Source of the DNA: the human T2T-CHM13v2.0 reference genome, Homo sapiens
Assembly (NCBI RefSeq): GCF_009914755.1
Contig: NC_060932.1
Length of the DNA stretch: 64,000 nucleotides
Reading direction: 5' to 3' (one strand)
Both the position numbers and the translations under genes were made by a program. Below, in pieces: positions 16,210-30,768 of the stretch (position 1 is its first letter; every line of letters begins with the position of its first letter). The notes under the pieces are model-generated. The model was given only the letters and a program-made list of their open reading frames with translations, was not told the DNA's origin and did no database searches.

Positions 16210-16473
16210 TTTTTTTTTTTTTTGAGACGGAGTCTCCCTCAGTCGCCCAGGCTGGAGTGCAGTGGCACAATCTCCGCTCACCCCAAGCTCGGCCTCCCGA
16301 ATTCATGCCATTCTCCTCCCTCAGCCTCCCTCGTAGCTGGGACTACAGGCACCCGCTACCACGCCAGCTAATTTTTTTGTATATTTAGTAGAGATGGGGT
16401 TTCACCATGTTGGCCAGGATGGTCTCCATCTCTTGACCTCGTGATCCACCAGCCTCGGCCTCCCAAAGTGCTG
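16210..16473 (-). mobile_element. Alu (Y/Sc-like) lacking about 30 nt of its 5' end
   Basis: T tail, Alu body with ccaggatggtctc, stops at cccaaagtgctg; no TSD recognisable. Confidence 0.9.
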
Positions 16474-18274
16474 CTTGTATCTGACACCTTATGTGATGTT
16501 TCAGTTCCTATCACTGGCCACATAGGAAGCGTTGAATACTGTGTGAAATTGATGCTTCTTCTTCTTTAAATTTTTTGAAGAGTTCACTATTAAAATCATC
16601 AAGGCCTGGATTTTCCTGTATGGGAAACATTCTAAAACCAGGTTCATTTTTCTTTCATTGGTGTAGGATTCCTCAGCTTTTCAATTCTTCTTGTATCAAT
16701 CTTTTTATTTCATTTTTTTCCATTATCAGTTGATTTGTTGTTTAATATTCTTTTGCAGTTACTTTAAGATTTACAGCATGTACGTTGCAGCATGTATCAA
16801 AACTTCATTCTTTTTTTGTTCCCAAATAATATTCCATTGCATGGATATACTCAATTTTATCTATTCATTGCTCAGTTGACATTTGACTTGTTTGCACTTT
16901 TTCTTTACCTTCACCTTGAAGAATATTTTCACCGGGTATGGAAACTGGAGGTTGACAGTTTTGTTTCTTTTGTTAAGGACTCTAATATGCCATTCCACTA
17001 TTTTCTTCTTTTCATTGTTTCTGTTGGGAAATCAGTCGTCAATATTTCTGGTTTAGTGTTGACGGTATTTCTGAGGTTCCTGTTGAGGATCTGGAATGTT
17101 TTTCAGTGTGGAGCTTGAACTCTAACCACTGCTACTGTAGCACCTCACAACTATTGAAACCTTTGCTTGTCACTTTGGGATCCCACCTACTGCTTTCTGT
17201 TAGTTGTTTCTCTGCTCTTAACTTCTGCCTGTGCAGTTTAAGGGTAAGCAAGCATTTTGAGGGAAATTTTTGCTTTTCTATGGTTTTCTCCTCTATAAGA
17301 TTTCCCACCTCAAATATCAGTTGCTTTAGCAGCCACTAATTTTAAACTCTTTTGACTATTCCCAGAGAGTCTGCCTCTTTTTTGAAAAAACTCTACTCTC
17401 CTATAGCAAGAAGTGATGAATCACCCCTGATCAAAAGCAGGTGCTAATGCAGAGCTCAAGTCTGCATGCCCTGTTACCTGTAAAATTATAGCTCCTGAAA
17501 TCCTCCTTGCATTGCTTCTTCTGTAATGTTTCCAAGTAGTTTTGTTTTGTATTTTGTTTCTCTTTTGTAGTAGTATCTGGGGGAAAATTAATCTGATACA
17601 AATAGCACTTATAAACTTGGAACTGGAAGTTAATCTACACTTTCTAAGAGCTTGGTTCTAAAGCAGAGTTATATGGAGATAAGTCTAGAGAGAACACTGA
17701 ATTGGGAAGTAAATAAAAGTGGAAGATATGTCAGCATACTTATATAATAAAGGAGTCAGTGAAAAATGAAAGGCTGAGTACTCAGGAATGAAGAGCTCAT
17801 ATGAATAAATTAGTATCGCGTTAGAGAAGTTGCTTCTCATAGAACAATTTCTGAGATTGATGCCAGTGCTAATAGATGAACAAATGGAAAAGCAGAACAT
17901 CGAGGTAGTTCATGCCTTATAATCTCTATTTTCTGTGCTAAATAACAATAAAAGCTGTTGTTCTGAATAAGAAGAGAGGGGTGGTAGAAGAAAGAAGTCT
18001 TGGAATACTAATGAAGCTTTACATGCTGCGATGATGAAGTGGAAGCTGGCCAGAGACATTTGATTGAATTGCTGAGTTTTATTGAAGGGCAAGACAAACA
18101 TCATGCCATAAGTTAAAATATTATAGCTCAGCTCTGAAAGCTCTTGTAGCTCTTTGGCCACAAGAACATGACCATAACTGTCTTTTTCCCTTTGTTATCT
18201 CATCTTGTACTTAGGCTATGGTCATATAAGAATCTACCCTGAGAACTTTGGGGACTGAATCATATTAGTTTTAA

Positions 18275-18432
18275 TTTTTTTTTTTTTTGAGACAGGGTCT
18301 TCCTCTGTCACTGCAGCCACCCTACAGTGGCACAGTCAGAGTTGACTGCAGCCTTGAACACCTGGACTCAAACAGTCCTCCCTACTCAGCCTCCCAAAAC
18401 CCTAGGATTACAGTGAGCCACTGCACCAGCCC
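18275..18432 (-). mobile_element. Free Alu monomer (FRAM/FAM-like)
   Basis: T tail + gagacagggtct...ctcagcctcccaaa...ggattacagtgagccactgcaccagcc; a single monomer of about 150 bp. Confidence 0.8.
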
Positions 18433-18930
18433 CAATTCTAATTCTTGAGAGTCACTACTGGAATTTCTGAGTTAGCTACAGATTATAGCTAGATAATATA
18501 GACAGCAGTGAATGTGATGCTAGGGTCCCACTTGACATTTTAATTTCACAAAATTGGTTCCTTGTAAATAATGTGTGCTTTATTTAGTCTTAATATGTCA
18601 TCCTTAAAGGAAGAATGTTACATGTTAACCAACTAATCTATTCTAATGCCTGTTTTCTCCTACCTACTCTACTCCACCCGGGACCCAGACAGTTCTTACC
18701 CAACTCCTTTAAGATTTTGTCAGAAGTAGAGGATTAAGTGTGATCTTTAAAAAGTATGCTTTTAATGATTATGAATGCAATGGTTTTATTTTGCTTATCA
18801 ATATAAACTTTAGAAATATTAAGAATTAAAACATCCTGATGGCAAGATCCAATTTTCATTATATTTTATTTACTGAAAATAGTGTATGCTGAACAATACT
18901 AATTCAATGTGATTTTTTTCTTTACACATG

Positions 18931-19352
18931 GTGTATTAATCATAGACCCCATTGCATAGCAAACAATCTCCAAATCTAGTGGCTTAAGGCAGCAATCATC
19001 TACTATCATTCACATGTCTGTGGGCCAGCTGTGGGGTTCAGCTGCTATGGATTGTGTCCAGCTGGGCAGCTTTGCTCTACATCCTCCTTGGACTAACAGG
19101 CTAGTAAGTGCAAATTCTTCTTATGGCAGTGGCAGTGGTGCAAGACAGCAAGCAGAAACTTGTGAGACCTCTTATGGCACAGGTCATAACTGGGATACTG
19201 TCACTTGTGCTTATTTATCATTTCCTAAAGCAAATCACATATCTAAGCTCAAAGCTCAGGGAAAGGGACATAATACCACACCTGTCATGAGGCCATGGCA
19301 AAAGAGTTGATGAATGGAGGGGTGAAAACTGGGGCCAATCATGCAATGTACT
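18931..19352 (-). mobile_element. MLT1 (H/I-like) MaLR solo LTR
   Basis: ctagtggcttaaggcagcaatc...tgtcacttgtgc...aaagcaaatcacat...ggggtgaaaactggggcc, typical of an antisense MLT1 LTR. Confidence 0.75.
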
Positions 19353-19589
19353 TGCCCTCCTCTCCCAATTTCTCATTCAGGTCTCAGGATCCTTCCTAGA
19401 AGTTACTCTTTCTTTGTGTAGGGAGAACCAAAATGCAGAGGCTTGTTTTATTGTCGTCATTTTTTTTTTTCAAGCATAAGGATCACCTGGAGCATAAAGG
19501 TCTTCTCTAACACAGAGTGGTATTTATGTTCCAGACTACCCTTGAGCTAAGCTTATTTATTGTCATACCTGGAACTAAAGTGAGAAACA

Positions 19590-19835
19590 ATATAACAGAA
19601 TGATGAAAGAGAATAAGCTTTACAATTAGAAAGACCTGGATTACAGTCCCAGCTCCAGGATGTTTGAACTGTCAACTGTGCCGCTTGGCCTTCATAAGTC
19701 TGTCTTCCTCATTGTTGAATAAGAATATCAATAGTGCTTACTTCTTTTTACCTCTATGGGGATCTTGAATTAAATAAAATAACAGGCACATGGCTAGCAT
19801 AGAGTCAGTGATCAAGAATGATAGTTATAATTATT
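19590..19835 (+). mobile_element. MIR SINE, near full length
   Basis: agaaagacctggattacagtcccagctcc...tcttcctcattgttgaataag...agcatagagtcagtgatcaagaatgatagttat. Confidence 0.7.
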
Positions 19836-22800
19836 TCCACAGAATCAGTCCCAGAATATAGAGGACTGGTGTACAGAAGTAATAAATTACTCTCGTGATG
19901 AGAGTGAGAATGCCTTCAAAGAGGTAATGATATTTGATATGATGTTTGAAGGATTTTGCTGGTCAGTGAAATTATTAAAGGGCAATTTAAGAATTGATTA
20001 TTAGATTACATTAATAAGAACGGTAAAATTTTTAAAGTAATAAGAGACTTATGAATTTCTAAAATTTTTAGGAATTTCTCCATGCCCTACACTCCTGCTC
20101 ATGAAATGTAGTATTTATCATCTTATCACTCACCGAAGCCTATGTGACATCTGCATTTTCAGTTTCCTTCATGTAAACTAAAGCTGAGACGGGCATGAGG
20201 CATGGGTCCTTTGAAACCAGTAAAGCTGTTAAAGCATTCGTTTGGTTACTAGAAACTGAAATGGAAGTGTAAATAGCGTTCATTAAATTAAACTGCAAAG
20301 TAATTTTCTTCAAATGCTATTACTCTATAGGTTTATAGAAAATTATATATTCCATATAGATAAACACACTATTTTTTTCCACTGAAAACACAGTGATTTA
20401 AGTTCAAAACCATGAAAATGTTAACTTACAATCAAAGGCCACTTTCAACTTTGCCATTTAGAGGCTCACTTATTGTTCATAACTCTTATAATTGAATCTT
20501 TATTATATTATCCTGCTGCACAGCGTGATTTCCTGTTATTTGTCTAATGTTTTTTAAAGAACAGTAATTTAATAACTATAGTGATATTCATCCGCGACTT
20601 CTAACAAATGTGCTATTTCATGAGGCCTGTTTGTAAAACACTGTTGGAGTCAATGTATATTCCAGGCTAGCCATTAGGTGACTTTGAAAACAATGTGGTA
20701 AAGCAGAAAAATAACCAAAATATAATTTTGGAAAAAAAGTTTGAAGTATTTACCTATTTCAGATTCTGCAATAAAATTGTTGAGAATAAATAAATGTTTA
20801 ACTTACTTAGTAGTGAATAAGTAAGGAGAAGAGAAAGAGAATATCTTGCATATACCATTCCTTTAATCTTATGTACATCCAAATATGAAGCTTTCTGATG
20901 ATAGCTAAGTAGTATCAGAATATCAGAATCCTAAAATGATATAATACATATACATTTTTAAGTATCCTTTTTTATCCTGCAAAGCAAAAGATCAGACTTA
21001 GGGAGTGTTTTGTGTACCTTCCCAATAATATCTTGAATAAGCCTCACAATTAAGACACTTTTAGCTTTTACACTTATTCTGCCTTATTTAATTATGAAAA
21101 TAAGTAATCTGTGGTCAAAAACTAGAAAAAAAAACCTTATTTAGTAATCAAAGTATAATATTAAGACTGTAAAGGAAAGAGGCTGTTATGCTAGCTACCC
21201 CATGCTGGAATAATAGGAATGGGTCTTCCTAGGAATTGAAGTAAACATAATTTCTCTAAAATCATAGTTTTGGTATATTTTATACTCACTTTAAAATGCC
21301 ACTTTCCTTATCCATTACTTGAGGCAGAAAATATATCTTTATTTTTCCAAACACATCAAATCAGTCCTTTATTATCATGTAGTAATTTTGAAAATTTAAA
21401 CAAAAAAAGCAATAGAAACTTTATTCAAATGGATTATCTATCCTAAAGCCAAGGAAAAATTATTTTCTAAAACTCTACCATAATTTTTATCTCAAAGGAT
21501 TAGAACCAAAGCATTCCTTTATTAGAATATTTCATATTAGAATTCTCTTATAATTCTACTTGATTGAATCTTATTTTTTAATGAGTTTCAGAAAAGAATT
21601 CCTGACATTTAGCTGCCCAAGTTGGATTTTTTTTAAGTTTGCCATTTGTACCTATTGTCTTTCAGTTTGTGAGTCATTTTATTTTGTGGATTTCCAATGT
21701 GACAACTGCAATTTCAGACCTTTGGAATATATTGTCTTTTTAAATATGTGGCAGCTAAAGCCTTTAAGTTGTTCTGTTGGCTTTTTAAAATCTATTAATA
21801 TATGCAAAAAATTGAAAGTTACGTTATTCTGTCACGAGTGTATGTAACTAAATAGTGAAAGGATACTCATATAGATTCTTGCTATAAACACAAACAACAT
21901 GCAGATATGCTGCCAACAGTTCTCACTTCTTAATGAACACTTGTTCAGTGAGCACCTCTGAAGCGATTCCAGCATTAGCTGGAGTTGTGGTTTCTGCGGC
22001 CTTCACTTGCTGGTAGTGACCAACAGCAGAACCAAAATCAATCTCTGTCAGGCTTGTAATTGAGCACTTCCCTAATTTATGAGACAGTTTTCCTATTAAC
22101 AACAAAATCTTGAGAATTAAATAAAAACAGACCTTCACAAGTGCTGCTGCATAGGTGAGTGTGGAAAAAACGTTGATAAATGTACATGCCGGGTGGGAGC
22201 CTGACTTTGAAAAATTCTGTGTCAGATTTTAGGTCACATTCTGACAACAATTAGGAACACTGAAATAAATAGTTGGCAATCCTTCTTTGTTATGACAGGG
22301 GATGTAAAACCATCTTTACCAAGAAAAAGCCTATTTTGTGAATATGAAATGCAGTGCCCAGCCATCTTGCTGTGACTGAGAATCTGTAGGCACATCTATT
22401 ATGAACCAGAGTAGAATCCTTTTGAAGATTTAAAAAGTTTGGTTAAGCTGTTTTCACCTCATTATTTGTAAAATTCCTGTGCCACTGCAATTCCATGCTT
22501 CCTATAGAACCCACAAAACGGTTTTAAAAAAACTTACATGTCAAGTTAAAGTTTATTTTTAGTATGAAGTATCTAACCATAATATTTCATGAAATATTCT
22601 GGCAAAATCTAAATGACTCAAGAGGGGTGGCTGAAATTCTAAGTCTTTAAAGTTTATTCTAATTTGATATAGTTTATAAACTTCAAATTCACATGTTGAG
22701 AGGTTAATCTTTAGTTAATTTCTTTGATTTTCAAATGGTATGAATCTGTATGTTTACACTGATCTAAAGAGTATAACTGATAACAGGAAATAGTGATATT

Positions 22801-23179
22801 TCATCAGCCGGATACAAAACTACCAGTCCATTTGGTCAGAAATTTGAACAAGTCCTGTCGAAAGCTGCTATTGATTATTTGAACTGAGTTTGTCAAATCA
22901 TTGAAAAACTCATTAGTAGCTTCACATCCCATACAGTCATTGCATTAGTCAACTTACCCAGGATTTCTCTGAAAAAATAAAATAAAAGTAAAATAAAACA
23001 AAAAGCAGCTGTTAAGAATATATTTTACAAAACTAAAAGTTAAAGTATTGAAAATTCTGGAAACTGAAATCTCATATACACAATCTGTAAAATTAGAGCC
23101 AGTAATTAATATGTATATAGGGCTCCATATATAGTCAAACATGCATACAATATATTGTACTCTTTTAGGTGGTCCGTAC

Positions 23180-23545
23180 TACAGTAATCTCCCTCCAGAT
23201 AAGTAGATTAAGAGTTTGTTTTCCCCTCATATAACAGTCCAAATTGGTATCCTGGTTGGTGAAGTTGTAAGCTTGGGAAGCATGGCTCTTCCCTACTTGA
23301 TGATTCAGAACCTTCAAGTACCTTCCATTCTGTGGCTCCACCACCCACCAGGGCCATGTTATCTAGCCTAGAGATCAAAGAGAACATGGAAGTATACTCA
23401 TATCTTAAAAGCCGTCACCTGGAAGTGGCACCTATTCCCCTCTCTTACATTTTATTGACTAGCTGGCAGTCACATGGGTACAGCTAACCACAGTCACCTC
23501 TTTCTGCTAGAAAGAGGTGAACATAGATTTGATCGGCCGCACTTA
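23180..23545 (-). mobile_element. MLT1 (J/K-like) LTR remnant
   Basis: ccttccattctgtggctccacca...cctggaagtggcac...cattttattgactag...agtcacatgg. Confidence 0.6.
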
Positions 23546-26500
23546 TATAATGCACAACAATCCTCATTTAAATGTCAACTTTATCTACTTGAACTAAATA
23601 TTTAGCACCCTTCTATAACTGGAATGCAGCGGTCATTAAGCAAAGAGGTGCTCAGAGCATCTAATATAGATATTGTAAAGTACAGGAATTAAAGTACCTG
23701 AATATCATAGATTATACAGACATTAATTAGAGAGGTACTAATTAATTTTTGCTTCTTGTTTAGTCTTTACATATGTTACTTGATTTCTGAGTCTACCATA
23801 AATTAAAAGAAATAAATGAGAATGAGAAAAAGAATAGATGTTGCCATGGTCTTACACAGAAAACAGCCTTCCATGCAAGTAAGGCTATAAGACAGGTAAA
23901 TAAAGACATAGTCAATCAATCATAATAATTCAAAGCTACTTAGCATATGGTGAAACCTTCTACCATTTTTGAAAACGTATTTCCAGTGTAATGTTCTTTG
24001 TAAAGCATTCCTTGATTCTTTGTCAGAATTATCACTATGTCTTCTGAAATTTAGATTCCTCAATATTTTTTACTTACCTCCACTATGGTAATTACAACAT
24101 CTTTTCCTTTTAAAAATATGAGTTTTTATAGACTGGGGACAATTTTTTTTAATTTTATTTTTTAATCTTTCTGCAATCTCTGTGCTTACCACAATGCTTT
24201 CCATAAAAATACGTAAAATGGATGAATCAAACAACATTCCAAAAATATCAGATAAAATCCAGTATTACAGCAGGAAAAAATACAAGTGCTGATATTCAAG
24301 ATATTTTCATACTGAAAGTGTTAAAACTTGCTTATTACATTTTGTTTATAATGGAAAAAAAATCCAATTTAGAAATGAATTTTCAGGTTATAAGTTTGTT
24401 TTCCTTAGAGGAGTAAATTTTGATTTACCATAAAAGCTCATCTACCTACATATGTTATATAAAATGTATTATATATGGTAATTATATATAAATTTAAATG
24501 CATATTTAATACTATATAATCAATTTATTGTACTATTATTAAATATTAAAAATAGGAATAATTCTAATGCCAATGTGGCTATTATATGAATTTCATTTTT
24601 CCATAGATTAACTAGCGCTTGTATAGCATACATCTAGACATGGACAATTGAAATACTATGAATTAACCTTTCCACAAATTTCACTTGGAGCCTTTAGCAC
24701 CATCTTCTATCACTTTCTAGGAATGGTAAAAAAAAATACATATAATCAAGCATATAAGTTTTCATATGTTCTAGAATTCATGCTGAATTCTAAGATGCTA
24801 GGACACAAAACCACACAGTGAAATATTTAGTTATAGGTTATTACTGTTTGAAGTCTCAAATATTCATCTATGAATTGAGTGAGTCATCTATGGCTAGGAA
24901 GCTTAACTAACTCTAAATTAACTGTTGCTGGTTTAGAGACAAGACAACTTTATACTGTTTAAACGTACAAAAATACAAACCACATTTTTATTAGTCAATT
25001 GTTTAAAATCCTTTTTATATCTTAAATTTTGCTAAGTGAACAAAATTGTCCTACATGAGGTACATTTATTTCTTTACATATTATGCTATCATATTTAGAG
25101 TTTTCTATTATGAACATTTCAGTAAAAGATCATCTTGATGGTAATTTTTCTATTTCAAGAAATATTGTTTCCGTCAAATATCTATCTGTTAGGTGGATAA
25201 ACATATTTCCTTAGTCTTTGGAAGCTGAAAGTCATCACACTTTTTATAGATAAAAACATAATAATATATGCTATTCATAACGTGTTTAGGGTATTAAAAC
25301 CACTTCTGTTGATACCACAATTGAGCTATGTGTCAAATTAGTTACTAAGTCAAAGATCCCATAAGAATAGAAAATATCATTTGTTTTCCTGAAAATATCA
25401 AAAGTATGGCAAGGATAGAGACTTCAGTTTTATTAACTTTTAGGAGCAGAAATGTGTGGATCTTGGATGACACAAAGCCAGGGTTTCTTTTTCTTTTTTA
25501 CCTTTAAATAAATTAAAACTGCTAAGGTATATACTCACTGAAAAATGGAGTTTATAATGGAAATAGAAACTGACCCTTAACTATAGCAGCACTACCGGAT
25601 GCCGTTATAATAAGCTCCCCTAGATGCCATAGTGTAAATGTATTAGCTGTACTAAGAGACCCACTCCTGCTATAATTATGTTAGGAACCAATAAGACAGC
25701 TCAGAAATCAATATGCTAAGACAGATAGAGTAAAGGACCATGGCCAGCCCACTGGGAATAGATTAGTCTGGCAGGTCCCTAGCTGAGCCACGAAGAAGGG
25801 GATATCTTTGCTGTTGAAGAAAGCCATTAATTGTAAATTTTCCTGAACAAGGAACTTGAAGGGAAAGCTTAAACTGCGTTGTTCATACCACTCAAAGAAA
25901 ACTGCAACTCTCATTGATCAAGAGTTAAGCTTTTTATTTTTATTTCAAAATCCAATGGTGCAAAAACCTAAACGTTCAGAGGGATTTTTGAAGCTGTTTC
26001 CACAGCGCGACTAAAATTCCTCTTTGGTTATTAATTTGTTTGAATATTTTTCAAAATTCTAGATCAATTAAATCATATTTAGGCAATGGACCTCCACACT
26101 AACAATTGACTTTACTGGTGTGATATCAATTATCTAATCAATTAATATTCCTGTGTCATAAAATATAAGAAAAAGGATATATTCTTTGCAGTCTTTTTCC
26201 CAAGTTGGCAATCATCTAACTGTTAAATATTACCAAGTTTAGTTTAATAATAACTAAATTTAATAAATAAATAATGAGGAAGGACTGCTGCAACTTATTT
26301 CAACTATTCCTAATTGTGTTTCTTCACATTATTAACGACATCTAATTTGCTTAATAGACAAAAGTGGTAAGATTTAGTAGTTTTGCTAAGAAAGAAAAAG
26401 AGAAGGCAAGAAAAGAGGAGAGAAAGAGAAATAAAGTAATGAAGGAAGAAAAAAAGAAATGAGAAGAAAACAAAACACCAACCTTTTGTGGTTACAGTTT

Positions 26501-29500
26501 GGCACATCTGCTCATGCCCAATCAAGCTTTCAAACACAGAGTGGTAAACAAAAGCAGCTATCAAACAAGGACAAAATCAGAGACATAAGTGGTTTGAATG
26601 AGTGTGCAATTTCTGCCCATATGACCATCCTGACACAATTGCTCTAATTTTCTTTCCAGAAATGACTGATAAAAGATTTAGGTAATTGCTATGGAGACAG
26701 ACTTCCTTCCATCACTAGGTATCTTGAATAATACAGCCTCAGGGTCATAAGATGGAGTGTCAGTTTCTGCAGAGTCCTAAATTAATACTTGTCCCTGCTT
26801 TGGCTACACTTCCTGTACATCTAATGAAGTGAATGTAATTTATTTTGACAATGTATTGAAAATCACTTGATCAAATGACTATTCTGTAATGAACACAAAA
26901 GGTAATATAGACTTGCAAACTATAAACTCCAAAATAACAAATATATATCGATTTCTCAAAGCACATTCTTTCCTAAAAACTGCATATGTAGTCAGAATAA
27001 ATATGAAACAAAATATATACTAAAAGCATAATAATTAATGTGAATGTGAATGTGAATTTTATTTTATTTTATTTTTTTGCTCTGATGCCTGAGATTGACC
27101 TATCTCCATTCAGCACATGACCTTGTCCCCTCTAATCACACTTAATTTGTCTGGTTGATCTTTGCATTTCTAAGTATTAAGCAGCCTGCAGAAAGAAAAG
27201 CAGACAGCCATGAATAAGCTAGTGCTTACAAGGAAATTCTGAAAACATTATAGATCAGCCTTGCCAGAAATTTTACCTTCACTTGTGAACAGTCAATTTA
27301 CAGGGGAATCTTAAACACGTCCACTAAAACTTCACAGCTTGAGACAGACTATGATTTTGCTGCCTCCTGAATGTTATGACATTTCCAATAGTTAATGAAA
27401 TCAGCTGTGTGCTAATGAAAACTCCCTCTACTGACATCATAAATGATTAGATTACATAATTTGTTCAAAGATTACACATGCAAGACTAATTTAAATGGCA
27501 GTTTTTTGTTTTTGTTGTTTTTTTTTTTTGTAATCAACAGGGAAACTGACTTAGGTCTTGTGATAAGATTTTTATGTTTTTTCCTAGTGGAAAACAATAT
27601 CTCAGATTTCAAAATATTCAAACACTTGAATTACCATATAGTCAACTGTACCAAAAACAATTGCATAATTTTCTTTCTTTAGAAAACCAGCAGAACACCT
27701 TGGAAGCTGACAGAGGTAGTGTAATTGGAATATTTGGTTTGTACTAAAAATAAATACACTTGGCACCATTTTGGCAAGACAGCCACAGCAAGGCAAGTGT
27801 CTGTAGAGTGGCACTGTGAAAGTACAATGTAGTGTTTAAATACAGCCAGGCAGAAGCCAGTGGATAATGCTCAGTAATGGGTTAATCAATACTTATTATG
27901 GTTTTATTGGTTCACTAAAGAGAGAACAGAACCTAGTGAGCACAGAGTCGAAAAAATCACTGCATCTGATCTAGATAACATCTACTCTCCCTAAGGGATT
28001 TCCCTATTCAAGAATCCAATTTAACATGCCTGATTGACAAGGATTGGATCCTAGGGAATCACATAACTCTTTTTAGGACCCAATAAAATCCTAATGGATT
28101 TGTCTGACTGGCCAGGAGACTTCTAGTTTTACTAAACTGAGGTGGTTTGTTGCAATTAGCCTTGATTCCACTTGCAGTTGAAAAACTAGGCTATTAGGAG
28201 TCATCCCCTCTTTATAAATGCTGGAGTCATGCTGGGATGTGCCCGCTGGAAGGAGATACTGTGCTGTATAAAAGAAGACCCTTATGATAAATTGTAAACA
28301 TTTGAAAGCTTCTGAAAAATCGTAATCAAAACAGGATTCAAATGAAAAAGGTGGAAAGTCCAACTAAATTGCACCTTTAAAATCCATTTATTGGTCAGTT
28401 AGCCTTTACAATTTATTTCTCATTCAGGTAACTATAGCAGAAAGGAATCTCTCTCTTTGAAAGAAGCTTTGAAATATACACCTTTTGCGATCTGAGCTTC
28501 TCCTTTAATAGCTGAAGTGTGAAAAATATCATTCTGCAACAATAAAAATCTTGTATATGGTTGTCCCTGTCCCAGCTCTTTTTTTCCGGAGATAATGTTT
28601 TTACTAAGCAGCTAACTTGTTCAAGTACACTTGTTTTTGATCGTGTCTTGGTGCTGTTAAGAAGTCAGGAAACAGTGTGTATGATTATGATTATTTGAAG
28701 TCAGGGCTGAAATGCAGTTGAAGGAGAACTTTTAAATAATATAGATCATATTTTGAAGCAAACAATTCCTTTAATATAAAAATCACTGGTGGAACCCATA
28801 TCCCTGTAGAATTGTGTCTGCTCTTTCATGAGTCATAAATGACACGTTAAATGTGTTTAAATTGAATGGACTTCTTAATCAGAAAGATATTCATTTATGA
28901 AATGTCTTCGAATAGACATCATGATTTACTCTTTTCCCCTTAGACTTGGAGGAGTCTTAGTCATATTCAGAGAGCTCACATGAGCTCACATTACCAGCAC
29001 CCTAGACTATAGTTTCCAACTCCAAAATCTCCAGCTAAAAGGCTATGCTAATTGAGTGCAAAAAATACTCTTCCCCTAAGAGATGTATAACTGTGATAAT
29101 AAATATTTGAAATACAAGATGAACACATGAATTTTATGTTTAAACACATAAAATTGTGTAAACATAGATGTAGAATACTTTCATATCTAACTCTATATAA
29201 TAAACTTTTAAATAATGGCATTCTAGCTCAGTGCCTGTTAGGAAGACGAAAAATAAATGCTGTGTATGATCATTACAGAGGAACGCTGAAAGAAATACAT
29301 AAAGGAGGAAAGGAGGAGGTAGACAAAGAAGAAAAAAGCAGTGGAATAGAAGGAAATTAATAAAATATTAGCATGTCTTTTAAAGTAAAATTGTAAGTAA
29401 TTTAAATTTATTTAGTTTATTTTACTGCATATTTTTAAATAAAGTCACTTTTGTTGTGTAATAAGAAAAGTGTTAATTTGGTTAGAAATTAAAAATTGAT

Positions 29501-30185
29501 ATGTGGTTTTTCATGATGGTGTAAAAATTATCTTTTAAAAAGTGTAATCGCCAGATAGCCTCCAAAGGGTTAGAGTTCTAGTGTAGGAGATAGATCAAAT
29601 TGGTCCTTCTGTCTTTATTGGCTAGATGTATGTAGGGTTCAAGATTATGCTTGTAAGTATGGTGTTCAAGTTTTCTGTGGTAAGTTCCAAGTAATCCTAT
29701 AACTCTAAAAGTGAAGTATTTTTATCTGTTTCTAATGTATTTACTTTACCCTAGCATACATCGAAGTGTTCCCAGGGACTGAGGAACAAATTTAAAGATG
29801 TCAAAGAAGTTAATTTGAATCAGAATATTTAAGAAATACTATTGAAATTCAAGTGAGGATGGTTCAGGACATGATTAAAATGTCTCTCATTAGAATCTTT
29901 CACATTTGTTTATAATTATGGTCCCTGTTGTTACTATATGACTTTAAATGATTTATTGTTATTAGTTAAAAAATTAGTAAGAATTCTTTTATTTTAGATA
30001 ATATCAATTTATTGTCCATATATGACTTGTTAATTCATATTATTTAAGTTTTGTTTGCTGCTAATGTTACCTAGGGCACAACTAGCAGTATTTAATTGAC
30101 CCATTACTGTAATTTTCAACCTCAATATACAATTGTAATTATTAAAGGCAATTCAATTCAAGGGATTCTTATTCAAAAATATTAA

Positions 30186-30693
<508 letters not shown>

Positions 30694-30768
30694 TGAGAAA
30701 ATAAGAAATTGCACAAAATTCTGAAACATGGAAAATAGGTGAAAGCATGTCAATAGATGAAAGAGAGG

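Noticed and set aside
22131-22160. Perfect plus-strand donor AG|GTGAGT at 22154/22155
   Set aside because: The nearest upstream AG lacks a polypyrimidine tract; isolated donors are common
28410-28435. Plus-strand YAG|GT (ttctcattcag|gtaact), recursive-splice-like
   Set aside because: Weak donor, no evidence of plus-strand transcription, expected by chance
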